64,000 nucleotides of DNA from Candidatus Saliniplasma sp. (GCA_048622455.1 JBMCUO010000001.1:2437-66436); one strand, 5' to 3'; counted from the first letter of the stretch, positions 35,417 through 45,969 are shown. Program-made: numbers and translations. The notes: a model not told the origin generated them from the sequence alone.

Positions 35417-36985
35417 CTATTTTTTAAGTTGATCACTTTGTACTTTTTTATCCCTAGATACTGTCGTTTTGGAAACGGATTCGTCATGTATTACCTTTTC
35501 TTTCCACCAACCCCTGGAATAGAAAGTGAACGCTAAGGCTGCAGCTGCTACGTTGCTGATGGCCATACCTATCCACACACCTGTATCGGCCATACCGAGG
35601 TATATACCAAGGAGGAAAACGAAAATTAATCTAAAAGCCCATATCCTGGTGAGGTCGAGTATCATCTTTTGCACCGTATGTCCAGACCCGCCAAAGATAT
35701 CAGTAATCCCCCTGAATATTCCAAAGAAGGGCATGGATAACGAGAATAAAAGAAGGAATTCAGCACCAGAGCTGATAACTTCGGGTTGGTTTGGGACTAT
35801 GAAACCGAGTAAGATATTTCGGGTAAAGAAGATGGTTATTGCGATGATAGACATCAATACAGCTAACCCTGTTAGTCCAGTTTTAGCAACTTTTTCAGTC
35901 CTTTCTACTAAGTCTGCTCCCAACCCCTGTCCCACCATAATCGCCATAGCCATACTCACACCGCCTGTGATTAAGAACGTTATATTTAGTATCCGGCTCC
36001 CTGCCCCGTAAGCTGCTCCTGCGACCTTGGGATTTGGTAGCCTATAAACTACTGCCCAGAGTATCAAAAATCCCATTGCACTAAAAAATCTACCTGCAGA
36101 GGCAGGAAGACCCACTTTGATGAACTGCGTGATCTTTGTTATATCTGGGATTAGGTATGAAAGTTTAATTTTGATGCCAAGTTTTCCTGAGAATATGAGA
36201 TAAATCGAATAGATCGTTCCTAAAGCTCTAGTTCCTATGGTAGCGTAAGCTGCACCTTTTATACCTAATTTAGGTATGGAATAGCCAAAGAAAGTAGGTA
36301 CAGTGAAGCTTAACGGACCTAAACTTACGGCAGCGCCAGAGCCAAATATAAGGATTGGGTCCAAGATCATATTTAAAGTTGCCGTGACTGCAACTATCTT
36401 CATAGGAGTGATATTATCCCCCCATCCCCTCAATATGAACATGAATGCAAAGAAAAGGAACATGGCGGGTATCCCCATGAATATGATCTGTAAATATGCA
36501 GTCCCGTATTCAGCTAAACCAGCGGCATCAGCTCCTGTTCCGGTTAGAAGGTCTAATAGATAAGGACTTGTGAAATACCCTACTGCCCCTAAGATTATCG
36601 ATAATACTATAATTAGGAAGTAAAGCTGGCCGGCATACTCTGACGCTTTATCGAACTTTTTTGCTCCAGTGTACTGAGATATTAGGGCGATTGTTGCGAT
36701 ACCCATACCGATCTCAACCGACATTATGATAAAAATAACGGACCAAGCCTGGCTTGCTGCAGCTACCGAGTAAGCTGCCTCATCACCGGGTAATCTACCC
36801 AGCCATATAGTATCCACTAAATTGTAAAGGGTCCGCAAAAAAGTTGCTACCATTATCGGCCAACCCAGCTTGAACATCACCGCGATTATATTTCCTTCAA
36901 GTATCTCGTCCTTTCTAGGTCTACCCATCTTTCTTTTTAGGGTGTCGTAAATGTTCCTGAATATCGAAGTTGTTCCGTCAGGCAT
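35417..36985 (-). CDS. MATE-family efflux transporter
   Basis: 522 aa, 12 TM; conserved MATE N-terminal LGRLPGDEAAYSVAAAS segment. Confidence 0.8.
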   Translation of the reverse strand: MPDGTTSIFRNIYDTLKRKMGRPRKDEILEGNIIAVMFKLGWPIMVATFLRTLYNLVDTIWLGRLPGDEAAYSVAAASQAWSVIFIIMSVEIGMGIATIALISQYTGAKKFDKASEYAGQLYFLIIVLSIILGAVGYFTSPYLLDLLTGTGADAAGLAEYGTAYLQIIFMGIPAMFLFFAFMFILRGWGDNITPMKIVAVTATLNMILDPILIFGSGAAVSLGPLSFTVPTFFGYSIPKLGIKGAAYATIGTRALGTIYSIYLIFSGKLGIKIKLSYLIPDITKITQFIKVGLPASAGRFFSAMGFLILWAVVYRLPNPKVAGAAYGAGSRILNITFLITGGVSMAMAIMVGQGLGADLVERTEKVAKTGLTGLAVLMSIIAITIFFTRNILLGFIVPNQPEVISSGAEFLLLFSLSMPFFGIFRGITDIFGGSGHTVQKMILDLTRIWAFRLIFVFLLGIYLGMADTGVWIGMAISNVAAAALAFTFYSRGWWKEKVIHDESVSKTTVSRDKKVQSDQLKK

Positions 36986-37140
36986 CGATAGTTTCGGATA
37001 AAACCATCTTATATAATAGTTTCCCTCAAAACTAAAATTGGGATAAGTTTTATTCGTAAATAGTAAAAATAAAAAATAGGGAAAATTGTTTACTTAAGTT
37101 TAGTTAAAATAAGTACGTGATAAAACATGTACTAACTAAC

Positions 37141-37335
37141 TTAATCGATCTTTTTGACGTTAACAGCCCTAGGACCTCTATCACTCTGTTCAGTATCGAA
37201 TTTAACTCTGTCGCCTTCGCTCAAATAGTTATCTTCTAAATCACTGCTATGAACAAACAGGTCTTCATCACCTTCATCAGGTTTAATGAATCCAAAATTT
37301 TTCATGGTATTATAGAACTTAACTTCTCCTTCCAT
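37141..37335 (-). CDS. Cold-shock domain protein
   Basis: GEVKFYNTMKNFGFIKPDEGDEDLFVHSS RNP1/RNP2-like CSD motifs; 64 aa. Confidence 0.8.
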   Translation of the reverse strand: MEGEVKFYNTMKNFGFIKPDEGDEDLFVHSSDLEDNYLSEGDRVKFDTEQSDRGPRAVNVKKID

Positions 37336-37420
37336 ATCTAGTTCACCTCCTACATTATCATATCGTAGCTAAGACTTACACTGCTATCATATATAGTTAT
37401 GGGTGCATGTATGGACTATT

Positions 37421-37972
37421 TCATTTATATTCCTGACATGTAGGACAGTACCATCGGTTGTATTCGTAATTCATCTTAGTTCCACAGTCCGGACAGAATC
37501 TTTCCTCCTGTTTTGTAGATCGTACTCCCTGTATCGAAGATTGTTTTGAGTAAGAAGGTGGTGGTACGTCATTCCCCTTTCCTTCAAATTCTTCTTTTGA
37601 CATGTATATCAGCACCAGAGCTATCAAAGAAATTAAACTTGCAAGAAATAATGGACCAAACGAAAATATTCCTGCTATCGATGCACCTAAAGCAAACCTC
37701 CAATGGATTCGCTTTATGGCTAAGATCCCACCAATCAACAAAACTATACCCAAGATCAAAAAGACCGCACCACAAACGTTCATGATAGTTTGTATAATAG
37801 ATTCGAGTCCCTGGACTTCCCCATCTTGGATCTCATCTTCTATATTCAATGTGTTTATATCCAATAGTAAAATCTGGGCAGCACTTGCTATAGCCAGTAT
37901 ACAAGCGATAATCATCAATATCCCAGCGACCAAAGGTTTTTTGCTTTCATCTCTTTGATGATAAGTCCTCAA
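37421..37972 (-). CDS. Membrane protein (4 TM) with C-terminal zinc ribbon
   Basis: CPDCGTKMNYEYNRWYCPTC at the C-terminus after hydrophobic helices. Confidence 0.45.
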   Translation of the reverse strand: MRTYHQRDESKKPLVAGILMIIACILAIASAAQILLLDINTLNIEDEIQDGEVQGLESIIQTIMNVCGAVFLILGIVLLIGGILAIKRIHWRFALGASIAGIFSFGPLFLASLISLIALVLIYMSKEEFEGKGNDVPPPSYSKQSSIQGVRSTKQEERFCPDCGTKMNYEYNRWYCPTCQEYK

Positions 37973-38043
37973 GTCTATCTCCTCTTACCGCTAACTTTTA
38001 TGTATTCTATACATATATAATTTTCGTAAAAATCAATAGAAGA

Positions 38044-38116
38044 TGCCGCAGGCCGGACTTGAACCGGCGACATTCGCATCTTCAGTGCGACACTCTCCCA
38101 ACTGAGTTACTGCGGC
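38044..38116 (-). tRNA. tRNA-Phe (anticodon GAA)
   Basis: Reverse complement GCCGCAGTAACTCAGTTGGGAGAGTGTCGCACTGAAGATGCGAATGTCGCCGGTTCAAGTCCGGCCTGCGGCA folds into a full cloverleaf. Anticodon loop CTGAAGA. Confidence 0.85.
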
Positions 38117-38162
38117 TCAGTTGAGGACATATACTCATCAGATTTTAATCTTACGCTTGAAT

Positions 38163-38429
38163 TTAACGAATAATTTCAGTAAAATGATCTCCTAGGCCTA
38201 TAGAGGAAAGAAGGTCTCTCAGCGATAGCACCTGTATTTCACTGCACAGTTCTCTGATATGATCCTCTTTCATACCAGCTTTTTCGAGTTCTCTTCTGAG
38301 ATACTTCTCTTTTCTTTTTACTTTTCTTTTATATTTTAAGTAAACTAACAACAGTTTTAGAAACAGGGGGAGGATTAGAGCTATTACACGTATGACCTTG
38401 ACCGGTGCTCTATCCTCCTTTTCCTTCAT
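38163..38429 (-). CDS. Hypothetical small protein with one TM helix and basic stretch
   Basis: ORF; abuts the next gene. Confidence 0.3.
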   Translation of the reverse strand: MKEKEDRAPVKVIRVIALILPLFLKLLLVYLKYKRKVKRKEKYLRRELEKAGMKEDHIRELCSEIQVLSLRDLLSSIGLGDHFTEIIR

Positions 38430-38807
38430 CTAATCCCAATCCTCTTCATCCATCTTCTTTTTCATCTTCTCTTCTATCTTCTTCTTGATATCTTCCCCGA
38501 AATCCTCGTTCATCTCCCCGCCGCTCATTAAACCAGAGCTTCCAAGAGCTTCTCTCACGAGGCTCGTTACGTCTCTACCTTTCATGAAATCCCTTGTTAG
38601 CTGATAAGCTTGGTCCTTCTCCATACCTGCATCGACAAGTTCTTTGTAGAAATTGGCCGTGTTCTTGGCTAACTCCTTGCTGTTCTCAGCATTGTAGACC
38701 GCTTCAACTATCCCTGATATCAAGGAGGGGACCGTTTCATTCAGGGTTTCCATCACGCCTTTCAACTCTTTTATATCTTCCATATCATCTATATCCATCT
38801 TTAACAC
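38430..38807 (-). CDS. Hypothetical acidic helical protein
   Basis: ORF, K/E/D-rich C-terminus. Confidence 0.3.
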   Translation of the reverse strand: MLKMDIDDMEDIKELKGVMETLNETVPSLISGIVEAVYNAENSKELAKNTANFYKELVDAGMEKDQAYQLTRDFMKGRDVTSLVREALGSSGLMSGGEMNEDFGEDIKKKIEEKMKKKMDEEDWD

Positions 38808-38831
38808 CTATATACTATAAGGGTGACCAAA

Positions 38832-39284
38832 CTATTTCTTGATACCGAGCAATTCTGCCCACTTTTCGATGATCTTATCGGTAAGGGTGTAATTTTTCCC
38901 CGTACCACTTTCTACCCTTTTCACTACATTTTTTTCTTCGAGTTTTTTGAGCCTGTCTCTGACTGTGTGTCTGGAAGCGGATCCCTTCTTGTGTCTCATC
39001 CTCTCTGTAATCTGAGTGATATTAGCGCTTTTGGTGTCGAGAAGTATCTCGACTATATTCTCGGAAATCGGGTCTTTGATATCGGGCAGTACTGATGGAG
39101 ATATCTTACCATATCGCTTATAAAGGGAGAGCATATTGAGGTATCTTTTTTCGATATCTGAATCCATGGAGACTTTTTGTAAAACATTCTTGTGCATATC
39201 CATCAGATTCTTAAGCATACCTTGCATGGTATCTACCTGTTTTTTGAGTGACTCGATTTCCTTTTTTAATTCCTCTTCTCCCAT
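38832..39284 (-). CDS. Coiled-coil protein with C-terminal winged-helix DNA-binding domain
   Basis: Heptad-rich N-half; C-terminal ITERMRHKKGSASRHTVRDRLKKLEEKNVVKRVESGTGKNYTLT wHTH-like. Confidence 0.4.
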   Translation of the reverse strand: MGEEELKKEIESLKKQVDTMQGMLKNLMDMHKNVLQKVSMDSDIEKRYLNMLSLYKRYGKISPSVLPDIKDPISENIVEILLDTKSANITQITERMRHKKGSASRHTVRDRLKKLEEKNVVKRVESGTGKNYTLTDKIIEKWAELLGIKK

Positions 39285-39377
39285 GGGGGTGTATTTTTTA
39301 TATGTATAATATAAGTTTGGTTAAAAGTTTGGTTAACAAAATGGTTAAGTAATATAAGGACATAACCGTTAAACGAT

Positions 39378-39722
39378 ATGAAACCTGACTTCTCGATAGA
39401 AAACGTAGATTGTGAAAATGTATTAGAATATCTGTTCGACTTCTCCAAACTCGATAAAAGGGTTTTGAAGATATTGAACGAAGGAGGCGAATACCGTTCA
39501 AAGGATCTAGCCGAAGAATTGGAAAAGGATCAGAGTACTGTATACAGGTCATTGGAAAATCTAGTAAGATGTGGATTGGTGTATAAAGAGAAGCGGACCA
39601 TCAGGAAAGGTGGTTATTATTTCCTTTACTCCTCTAGGCCCATAGACAAGATACGTGAAGAGGCTGAAGAATGCCTTGAGGATTGGTACTCTAAGATTCG
39701 TTCCTCGATCGAAGATCTGTGA
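39378..39722 (+). CDS. Winged-helix transcriptional regulator (TrmB/ArsR-like)
   Basis: KRVLKILNEGGEYRSKDLAEELEKDQSTVYRSLENLVRCGLVYKEKR. Confidence 0.55.
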   Translation: MKPDFSIENVDCENVLEYLFDFSKLDKRVLKILNEGGEYRSKDLAEELEKDQSTVYRSLENLVRCGLVYKEKRTIRKGGYYFLYSSRPIDKIREEAEECLEDWYSKIRSSIEDL

Positions 39723-39726
39723 AGTT

Positions 39727-40059
39727 TTAAAGGTCGAATACGTCCTCGATCTTATCAGCCATAGCTTCTTTTTGGACCATCCCTGTTATCTGGTCCACAG
39801 GTTTCCCGTTTTTGATGAATATGAATGACGGGATCCCTTGTATACCAAATTTAGAAGTTACCTGCGAATTGTTCTCAGTATTTACCTTTCCGAACAATAC
39901 ATCCTTGTAATCCTCTGCTAGGCTTTCTATGACAGGTTCCATCTTCTTGCAGGGGCCACACCAGGTAGCCCAGAAATCTACCACCACGTTATCGTGCTTT
40001 CCGATGAGTTCATCGAAGTTACCATCGGTCATCTTAACTAGTCGTTCGTTTTTAGACAT
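39727..40059 (-). CDS. trxA: Thioredoxin (start moved to the internal ATG, which has a GGAGG 7 nt upstream)
   Basis: FWATWCGPCKKMEPV active site; SD ggagg precedes MSKNERLVKMTDG. Confidence 0.8.
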   Translation of the reverse strand: MSKNERLVKMTDGNFDELIGKHDNVVVDFWATWCGPCKKMEPVIESLAEDYKDVLFGKVNTENNSQVTSKFGIQGIPSFIFIKNGKPVDQITGMVQKEAMADKIEDVFDL

Positions 40060-40180
40060 TTCAGATCCTCCAAATACTGTTGGTTTTCTGGAAAACATGC
40101 AAGGTATTTAATTTTTTCACTTGGAGTTGAATCTCTATGAATCAAAAGATTAAAATTGGGGTACTCTACTTATTTCATCG

Positions 40181-40453
40181 ATGAACGAAGAAGATGGAAA
40201 GGTCAAGATGGAATTCATCTATTCTGAAACTTGCCCAGATTGTCCACCGGCAAAAGAAGCAGTAGAAAGGATCAAAGCAGATCACGATGATCTAGATGTG
40301 GAGTATATCAAAGCCAAAGACCGAGCAGATATCATTCAAAAGTATGATATTACTTATGTACCCACTATCGTGATAAACGAGAATGTTGAATTCGTCGAGA
40401 CTTTGACCGAAGAAAAACTCCGGAACCGGTTAGAGGAAATACGGAATGGATAA
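40181..40453 (+). CDS. Thioredoxin-fold small redoxin (CPDC active site)
   Basis: EFIYSETCPDCPPAKEAV ... YVPTIVIN. Confidence 0.55.
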   Translation: MNEEDGKVKMEFIYSETCPDCPPAKEAVERIKADHDDLDVEYIKAKDRADIIQKYDITYVPTIVINENVEFVETLTEEKLRNRLEEIRNG

Positions 40454-41429
40454 ACTCATTTTTGAACTGCAGGGGCCCGAATACGACTTGGCTTCTGCAG
40501 AGGTCAGAGCTGTTTTTGAAAGTTTGGATTGTGAATACAGCTTTAAAGATACATCGAAGTATGTCGAGATGGTCGAAACTGACTGTGGCGTAGAAGTTTT
40601 GGGAGAGAGACTAGGCCTAACTCATCGCATAATGGATCACGGAACCGCTTTTTTAGAAGATTCGCTTGAGCGATGTGATGTTTTTATAGATGTTCCAGAA
40701 GGTAGTTGTGCCGTAGATACCCGAAGACTTGGGGGTAAAAAGGCTGATTCGGTAGCAGTTAGGAAAAAGATCGGTTCTTTGATATCTGAAAGTAACGAGA
40801 TCGATTTAACTGATCCAGAGAATGTAGTGTTGGTCCTGATATCAGATAGGATCTATTTAGGTAGAGTTAGTTTCACCGTCGATAAAGAGAGTTTTAGGGA
40901 GAGAAAGGTCAAGAATCGGGAGTTCTTCAGCCCCATATCTCTTGAACCATGGTACGCTCGAGCCATGGTAAATCTAGGACGGGTTTCACCCGGTGATACA
41001 GTTCACGACCCTTTTTGCGGGACTGGAGGACTGCTCATCGAAGCTGGCATGTTGGGGTTGGAAGTGTCCGGTGGGGATCTGGGTCCAGAGATGGTGGAAG
41101 GATGTAGAAGAAACCTCCATCAGTTCGGTTTAGATGGGGAATTGGTGTGTGGCGACGTTTCCGAGACTGTGCCTTCTGGTGTTGATTGTGTGATTACTGA
41201 CCCTCCCTATGGCCGTGCTTCTTCTACAGGTGGAGAGGACATCAAAGAAGTGTACCAAAGGTTGTTAGAGAGCTGTAACGAGAATCTTAAAGAAGGCGGT
41301 TACCTATCCACGATATTTCCCGAAGAACGGTTCGTGGAGATCGGGGAGGAATATATGAAATTGGTAGAAAAATATGAGAGTAGAGTACACGGTTCCCTGA
41401 AACGTATCTATTGTGTGTTCAGGAATTAA
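40446..41429 (+). CDS. THUMP-domain tRNA (guanine-N2)-methyltransferase, Trm11-like
   Basis: N-terminal THUMP-like region; class I MTase motif I VHDPFCGTGGLLIEAG and N6/N2-MTase motif IV ITDPPYG. Confidence 0.7.
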   Translation: MDKLIFELQGPEYDLASAEVRAVFESLDCEYSFKDTSKYVEMVETDCGVEVLGERLGLTHRIMDHGTAFLEDSLERCDVFIDVPEGSCAVDTRRLGGKKADSVAVRKKIGSLISESNEIDLTDPENVVLVLISDRIYLGRVSFTVDKESFRERKVKNREFFSPISLEPWYARAMVNLGRVSPGDTVHDPFCGTGGLLIEAGMLGLEVSGGDLGPEMVEGCRRNLHQFGLDGELVCGDVSETVPSGVDCVITDPPYGRASSTGGEDIKEVYQRLLESCNENLKEGGYLSTIFPEERFVEIGEEYMKLVEKYESRVHGSLKRIYCVFRN

Positions 41430-43297
41430 GGTTCTACACCTATGAACTCTAAATCACGTGTTCGACCTGAACCCAACGATTCTATTTGGATGTTGAAACG
41501 AACGACGACGTTTGAGTTTTGGTGCTGTTCCGCAGGGTAGAATTCTATCTCATCACCGTTTTCGTCCCTCTGCAGAAGCATACCAACTGTCTCAGATTCC
41601 CCGGGCAGAACATTGGCTGTTTTATTGGTTGAATCGTCGTAAGTTATGTTCCAGCTTTCATTCGAAACGTATTGAGTAGAGATAAGATAAGAGTCTATCC
41701 TGCCTTGGTTTTCGAGGGAGATGTTGAACAGGTAATCATCCTGATAAGATTCCATCAGGAATATATTCTGATAGATGAGATCGTCACTGGTGATATCTAC
41801 ATCGTAATCAAATCCAATATTGACTGCAAGGTCTGAAGTTTTTCTCAGGTTAGTTACGTTAGAATCCACTCTGAGCTCGACGTCCGTACTAGTGGCATTG
41901 ACTGCAACCGGTTCAACCTCGAGTTTCATAGTGATGTTATCGTTTCTACTCAAGGTATCTGTTATATACTCCTCTCCAACATATTGCCAGGTTTCGTTTT
42001 GTAAGAGGTATAGAGACGAAGACCATGTTTCGTTACCGGTTCCATAACTTACACGGTACTGGTCGCTGATGTCGTATAGGTCTCCCTGGGACATGCCTTG
42101 GTTTGTGATAGTGAAGGTGTAAACTGCCGTGTCATTGATGGATATGTTCTGCATAGCAGGTTCTTCAAGTTCTATTGAATAATCGAACTGGTATTCCGCC
42201 TGCTCTATGGGTACTGGATGGAAGCTGATGAAAAGTATTATGACAGCTGCCACGCCGATGAACTTTCTTTTGTTATCCAAATTCGTAAAATCGTTGAGTG
42301 GTGGAGGATGCTTCACACCCACCAAGAAGAGTATGAACAGAGCGAATACGAGCCATCCGATATACTGCCATAGTCCTACAGCTATAAGGAAGATCACAGC
42401 AGCGTAACTGGCATATTTTGATTTTTTTCCGAATAATGCACGTACGACGTGACCGCCGTCGAGTTGTCCCGCCGGTAGAAGATTGAGTCCTGTCACTAAG
42501 AATCCTACCCATCCTGCGAATAGAGTTGGATGGAACGAACCCTCTTCACCGAAGGGCAGCAGGTATGAAAGTACTCTCAGGATAGCCGGGAACTTGAAAT
42601 CCCAGATCATACCCTGTGGACTTATAGGAGCTGTGGCCGGCATGACGTCCCCTAAATATAATCCTATTATGGAAACAGGGATGGCTACTAAAAGACCACC
42701 TATCGGTCCGGCGACCCCCACGTCTAAGAGTGATTTCTTATCGGGTATCGGTTCTCTGATACTTATAAAGGCACCTATAGTCCCTAGCGGAGGGGGTGCC
42801 GGTATAAAGAAAGGTAATGATGCGTGGATGCTGTGTCCTTTGGCCAAGAAATAATGACTTAGTTCGTGGACTCCTAAAATAGTCATCAGAGGTAAAGTGA
42901 AGAAAAGTCCACCATTCAAGATGTTGTGAAGTGAGAAAAAATCTCCTTGTGGTCGGTAAGAATGCCACCAGAAGGTACCAGCTATGAGGGTGGTGACGAT
43001 GGTTATACCCAGCATCAATATGTTAGTTTTGATCGATCGGTAATTCTTTTCAGGCGTTTTTTTAACGGAGATCACGTACTCCCCGCTGTCTTCCCTGAGG
43101 TATGGAATGTAGTTTTTTGGTACCATTTCTTTTCTTAGATCATCGAATCTGTCTTCGATGTCCTCCCCTCTGTATACGTTGATGTAAACCGATACCATGT
43201 CGTATTCCACTTGGGTTTTGTAAGTAGGAAAATACTTACCTATAGTGGATTGGATAAAATCTATCTCGTCTCTGTAACCGTCAGGACCGTAGGCCAT
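41426..43297 (-). CDS. Site-2 protease (peptidase M50) with large extracytoplasmic C-terminal domain
   Basis: HExxH zinc site LGVHELSHYFLAKGH, multiple TM helices, LDGG motif (NLLPAGQLDGGHV); 623 aa. Confidence 0.7.
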   Translation of the reverse strand: MAYGPDGYRDEIDFIQSTIGKYFPTYKTQVEYDMVSVYINVYRGEDIEDRFDDLRKEMVPKNYIPYLREDSGEYVISVKKTPEKNYRSIKTNILMLGITIVTTLIAGTFWWHSYRPQGDFFSLHNILNGGLFFTLPLMTILGVHELSHYFLAKGHSIHASLPFFIPAPPPLGTIGAFISIREPIPDKKSLLDVGVAGPIGGLLVAIPVSIIGLYLGDVMPATAPISPQGMIWDFKFPAILRVLSYLLPFGEEGSFHPTLFAGWVGFLVTGLNLLPAGQLDGGHVVRALFGKKSKYASYAAVIFLIAVGLWQYIGWLVFALFILFLVGVKHPPPLNDFTNLDNKRKFIGVAAVIILFISFHPVPIEQAEYQFDYSIELEEPAMQNISINDTAVYTFTITNQGMSQGDLYDISDQYRVSYGTGNETWSSSLYLLQNETWQYVGEEYITDTLSRNDNITMKLEVEPVAVNATSTDVELRVDSNVTNLRKTSDLAVNIGFDYDVDITSDDLIYQNIFLMESYQDDYLFNISLENQGRIDSYLISTQYVSNESWNITYDDSTNKTANVLPGESETVGMLLQRDENGDEIEFYPAEQHQNSNVVVRFNIQIESLGSGRTRDLEFIGVEP

Positions 43298-43332
43298 CAG
43301 TTGATTTCATAGAACGATGGTATTAATAAGTG

Positions 43333-44766
43333 TTATGTGCGAGGTAATCTATCTTTATCGATGACTTTCTCCTTCCACTTACCTCTCTTGTAAACAACGT
43401 AGGCGGCGGTACCCGCTATAACGTTACTGAAAGCTATAGCTATCCAGACTCCTGTAGAGTGAAGAGTAAGTAGGAATGCAAAGATAGCTACGAATGGGAT
43501 CCTGATCGCCCACAATCTCGTTATGCTTAAGAGCATCTGTTTGAACGTGTGACCCGCACCGTTCAATGTTCCTGAAACCGCCTCGAATATTCCGAAGAAC
43601 GGACCTCCTATGGCTAGGATAGCTAAGAACATGGCGCCCATCCGGATGACCACTGGATCTTCAGGTATGAAGAAAGTCATCAGTGGATAACGGAGGATTA
43701 CTAATACCAATGAGATAAGTACCATGAAACCTGCCATGAGGATGATACCTTTCTTTGCGATCAGGTCAGCACGATCTTTCTTATCCGCACCTAGAGCTTG
43801 TCCCAATATGGTACTTAGAGCGATACCCAAACCGAAGACTATGACGAAAGTGATGTTGATGATACGGCTGCCTATACCGTAAGCGGCTAGAACTTTTTCT
43901 TGACGCGGTAATCTAGCTAGGAGTCCTGCGAGAACTACGAAACCTACGGCATCGAAGACTCTTGCTCCCGTTGCAGGGAGAGCTATCTTGAAGAACTTCT
44001 TGATCTTATCTATATTCGGTTTAAGGTAATGGAGTTCGAGTTCTAAACCAACTTTACCGGTGAATAGCATGTACAGTGAGATCACAGTGCCTATGCCCCT
44101 TGAAAAAACGGTGGCTATTGCGGCTCCTTTTATACCTAAGGCTGGAAAAGGTCCCCACCCGAAAATCAGGAACGGGTCCAAAGCAATGTTGATTATCACG
44201 GTTAAAGACATGACGGCCATGGGAGTTATGGTGTCGCCCCGGGCCCTTAGTGCGAAAGAGAACGCGGCGAAAGTCAGTAGAAAGGGGAAACCGATGAATA
44301 TGACCTGAAGATAATCTATGGCGTAGGCTGCTACAGGTCCTTCCTCAGCTAAAAAGTTCAGGAAAACCGGGGCTGTAAGGTATCCCATCGCTCCTAAGAC
44401 TATGGAAAGGACTATGAGTATGAAGTAGAGTTGACCGGCATCCTCTTGAGCTTCCTTGAAGCGTTTAGCACCAGTGTGCTGGGAGATCAATGCGACTGCA
44501 GCTATACCCAGACCTAATTCTACGGAGAGTAAAAGGAAAACGAAGGGCCAGGCAAGGCTCATGGCTCCCACGGAGAGGGTGTTTTCCGGGACGGGTAATC
44601 GTCCCAGCCATAAAGTGTCAGCTAAGTTGTAAGTAGTTTGGAGTAGGTTGGCTATCATAAGGGGCCAACCCAGTTTGAACAGTAAGGGTACTATATCTCC
44701 CTCGAGTATCTCTTCTTTTGATGGTCGTCCCATCCTCTGCTTAAGGTAATTGAAAAGGTTTTCCAT
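43333..44766 (-). CDS. MATE-family efflux transporter (paralog of 35417..36985)
   Basis: 477 aa, 12 TM; same N-terminal MGRP..EIL.G motif as the other MATE gene. Confidence 0.8.
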   Translation of the reverse strand: MENLFNYLKQRMGRPSKEEILEGDIVPLLFKLGWPLMIANLLQTTYNLADTLWLGRLPVPENTLSVGAMSLAWPFVFLLLSVELGLGIAAVALISQHTGAKRFKEAQEDAGQLYFILIVLSIVLGAMGYLTAPVFLNFLAEEGPVAAYAIDYLQVIFIGFPFLLTFAAFSFALRARGDTITPMAVMSLTVIINIALDPFLIFGWGPFPALGIKGAAIATVFSRGIGTVISLYMLFTGKVGLELELHYLKPNIDKIKKFFKIALPATGARVFDAVGFVVLAGLLARLPRQEKVLAAYGIGSRIINITFVIVFGLGIALSTILGQALGADKKDRADLIAKKGIILMAGFMVLISLVLVILRYPLMTFFIPEDPVVIRMGAMFLAILAIGGPFFGIFEAVSGTLNGAGHTFKQMLLSITRLWAIRIPFVAIFAFLLTLHSTGVWIAIAFSNVIAGTAAYVVYKRGKWKEKVIDKDRLPRT

Positions 44767-44865
44767 TCTTTCAGCACATCCTCAATCATCTATATACAAT
44801 TTATGCATCAGTATGCAAGTGTTTCGACAAAGAATTAATATCATAGAATACATTTATTATTTACG

Positions 44866-45969
44866 ATGAGTATCGTTAAAGTCCTGTCTATGGTACTGGT
44901 CGCACTGGTTTTCTTTAGTTTGATCTCTGTTTTTTGTGTGGGGGAGGAGGCCGGGGACCCACCTATAAGGATAGATAGTGATGAAGAGTTTGAAACCATA
45001 GCTGAACAGGAAGGATGGGACGGTAACGGGAGCTCCGATGATCCATGGGTCATCGAAGGCTATGAGATAGACGGGAGTGAGTACGGTTACGGGATATTTA
45101 TCGGGAACGTGAGTGGTCATTTTAGGATTTCGGGATGCCGCATTCATAATTCTAGTGACCGTATAGATGACTATTTCCTAAACTCTGGAATATACATCTA
45201 CAACTCGGAGAACGGCGTCGTATCCAGTAATATAGTTGTAGATAACTTATGGCACGGTATCTATGTTGTGAATTCTAAAAATATCAATATCAGTGAGAAT
45301 GAAGTTCAGGGGAATCTTATAGCGGAGACGGTGGAACACGGGGTTCAGATCGTAGATTCAGAGAACGTGACAATAGAAAGTAATGAAGTCAGATGGACCG
45401 ACGGTGAAGGAGTGGGTTTGGAGGGAACCAATAACAGCGTGGTGAGGGACAACTTACTTGAAGAGAATTCATTCGGAGTTTACCTGGAAGGGGCTAGTAT
45501 GAATGAGGTGTTCAATAACATCATATTAAAGAATGGTCACGGAGTCTACATAGAACGGTTGGATGACGATAACGAAGAACAACTACCTTCAGAGCACAAC
45601 AGGATATATCATAACGATTTCGTCCGCAACGGTAATCCCGCTTGGGACAGCTTCGGTCTGGAAGGTGAGAACCAGTGGGACGATGGTACGACCGGTAATT
45701 ACTGGTCAGATTACAGGCGTAAGTATCCCGATGAGAATCACACTGCAGGAACATGGGATACTCCCTACGAGATACCCGGAGTAGAAGAAGATAGAAGCTT
45801 AGACAGATATCCGCTAGTAGAACCCATGAAGTACGACGAAGACGATCCCGACGAACCAGAAGGTTCACATCCGGTGTGGTTAGTTGTGTTTGGATTCATC
45901 ATACTTCTGATATTGCTGCGAGCGGGTTTATGGGCAAGAGAGCGTTATGGAGTCAAAGTGGAGAAGTAA
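44866..45969 (+). CDS. Secreted parallel beta-helix repeat protein with C-terminal TM anchor; paralog of the N-terminal block of the giant protein
   Basis: Signal peptide. EEFETIAEQEGWDGNGSSDDPWVIEGYEIDG and C-terminal GNYWSDY...DRYPLVEPM segments mirror SDTELADYVESEGWSGDGTEDDPYIIGG and GGNYWSDHDG...DYYPLMEPV in the 2684-aa protein. TM tail VWLVVFGFIILLILL. Confidence 0.65.
   Translation: MSIVKVLSMVLVALVFFSLISVFCVGEEAGDPPIRIDSDEEFETIAEQEGWDGNGSSDDPWVIEGYEIDGSEYGYGIFIGNVSGHFRISGCRIHNSSDRIDDYFLNSGIYIYNSENGVVSSNIVVDNLWHGIYVVNSKNINISENEVQGNLIAETVEHGVQIVDSENVTIESNEVRWTDGEGVGLEGTNNSVVRDNLLEENSFGVYLEGASMNEVFNNIILKNGHGVYIERLDDDNEEQLPSEHNRIYHNDFVRNGNPAWDSFGLEGENQWDDGTTGNYWSDYRRKYPDENHTAGTWDTPYEIPGVEEDRSLDRYPLVEPMKYDEDDPDEPEGSHPVWLVVFGFIILLILLRAGLWARERYGVKVEK

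Noticed and set aside
35526-36563. Plus-strand ORFs (161 and 86 aa) inside the MATE transporter gene
   Set aside because: They are antisense to a 12-TM transporter with a conserved MATE N-terminal motif.
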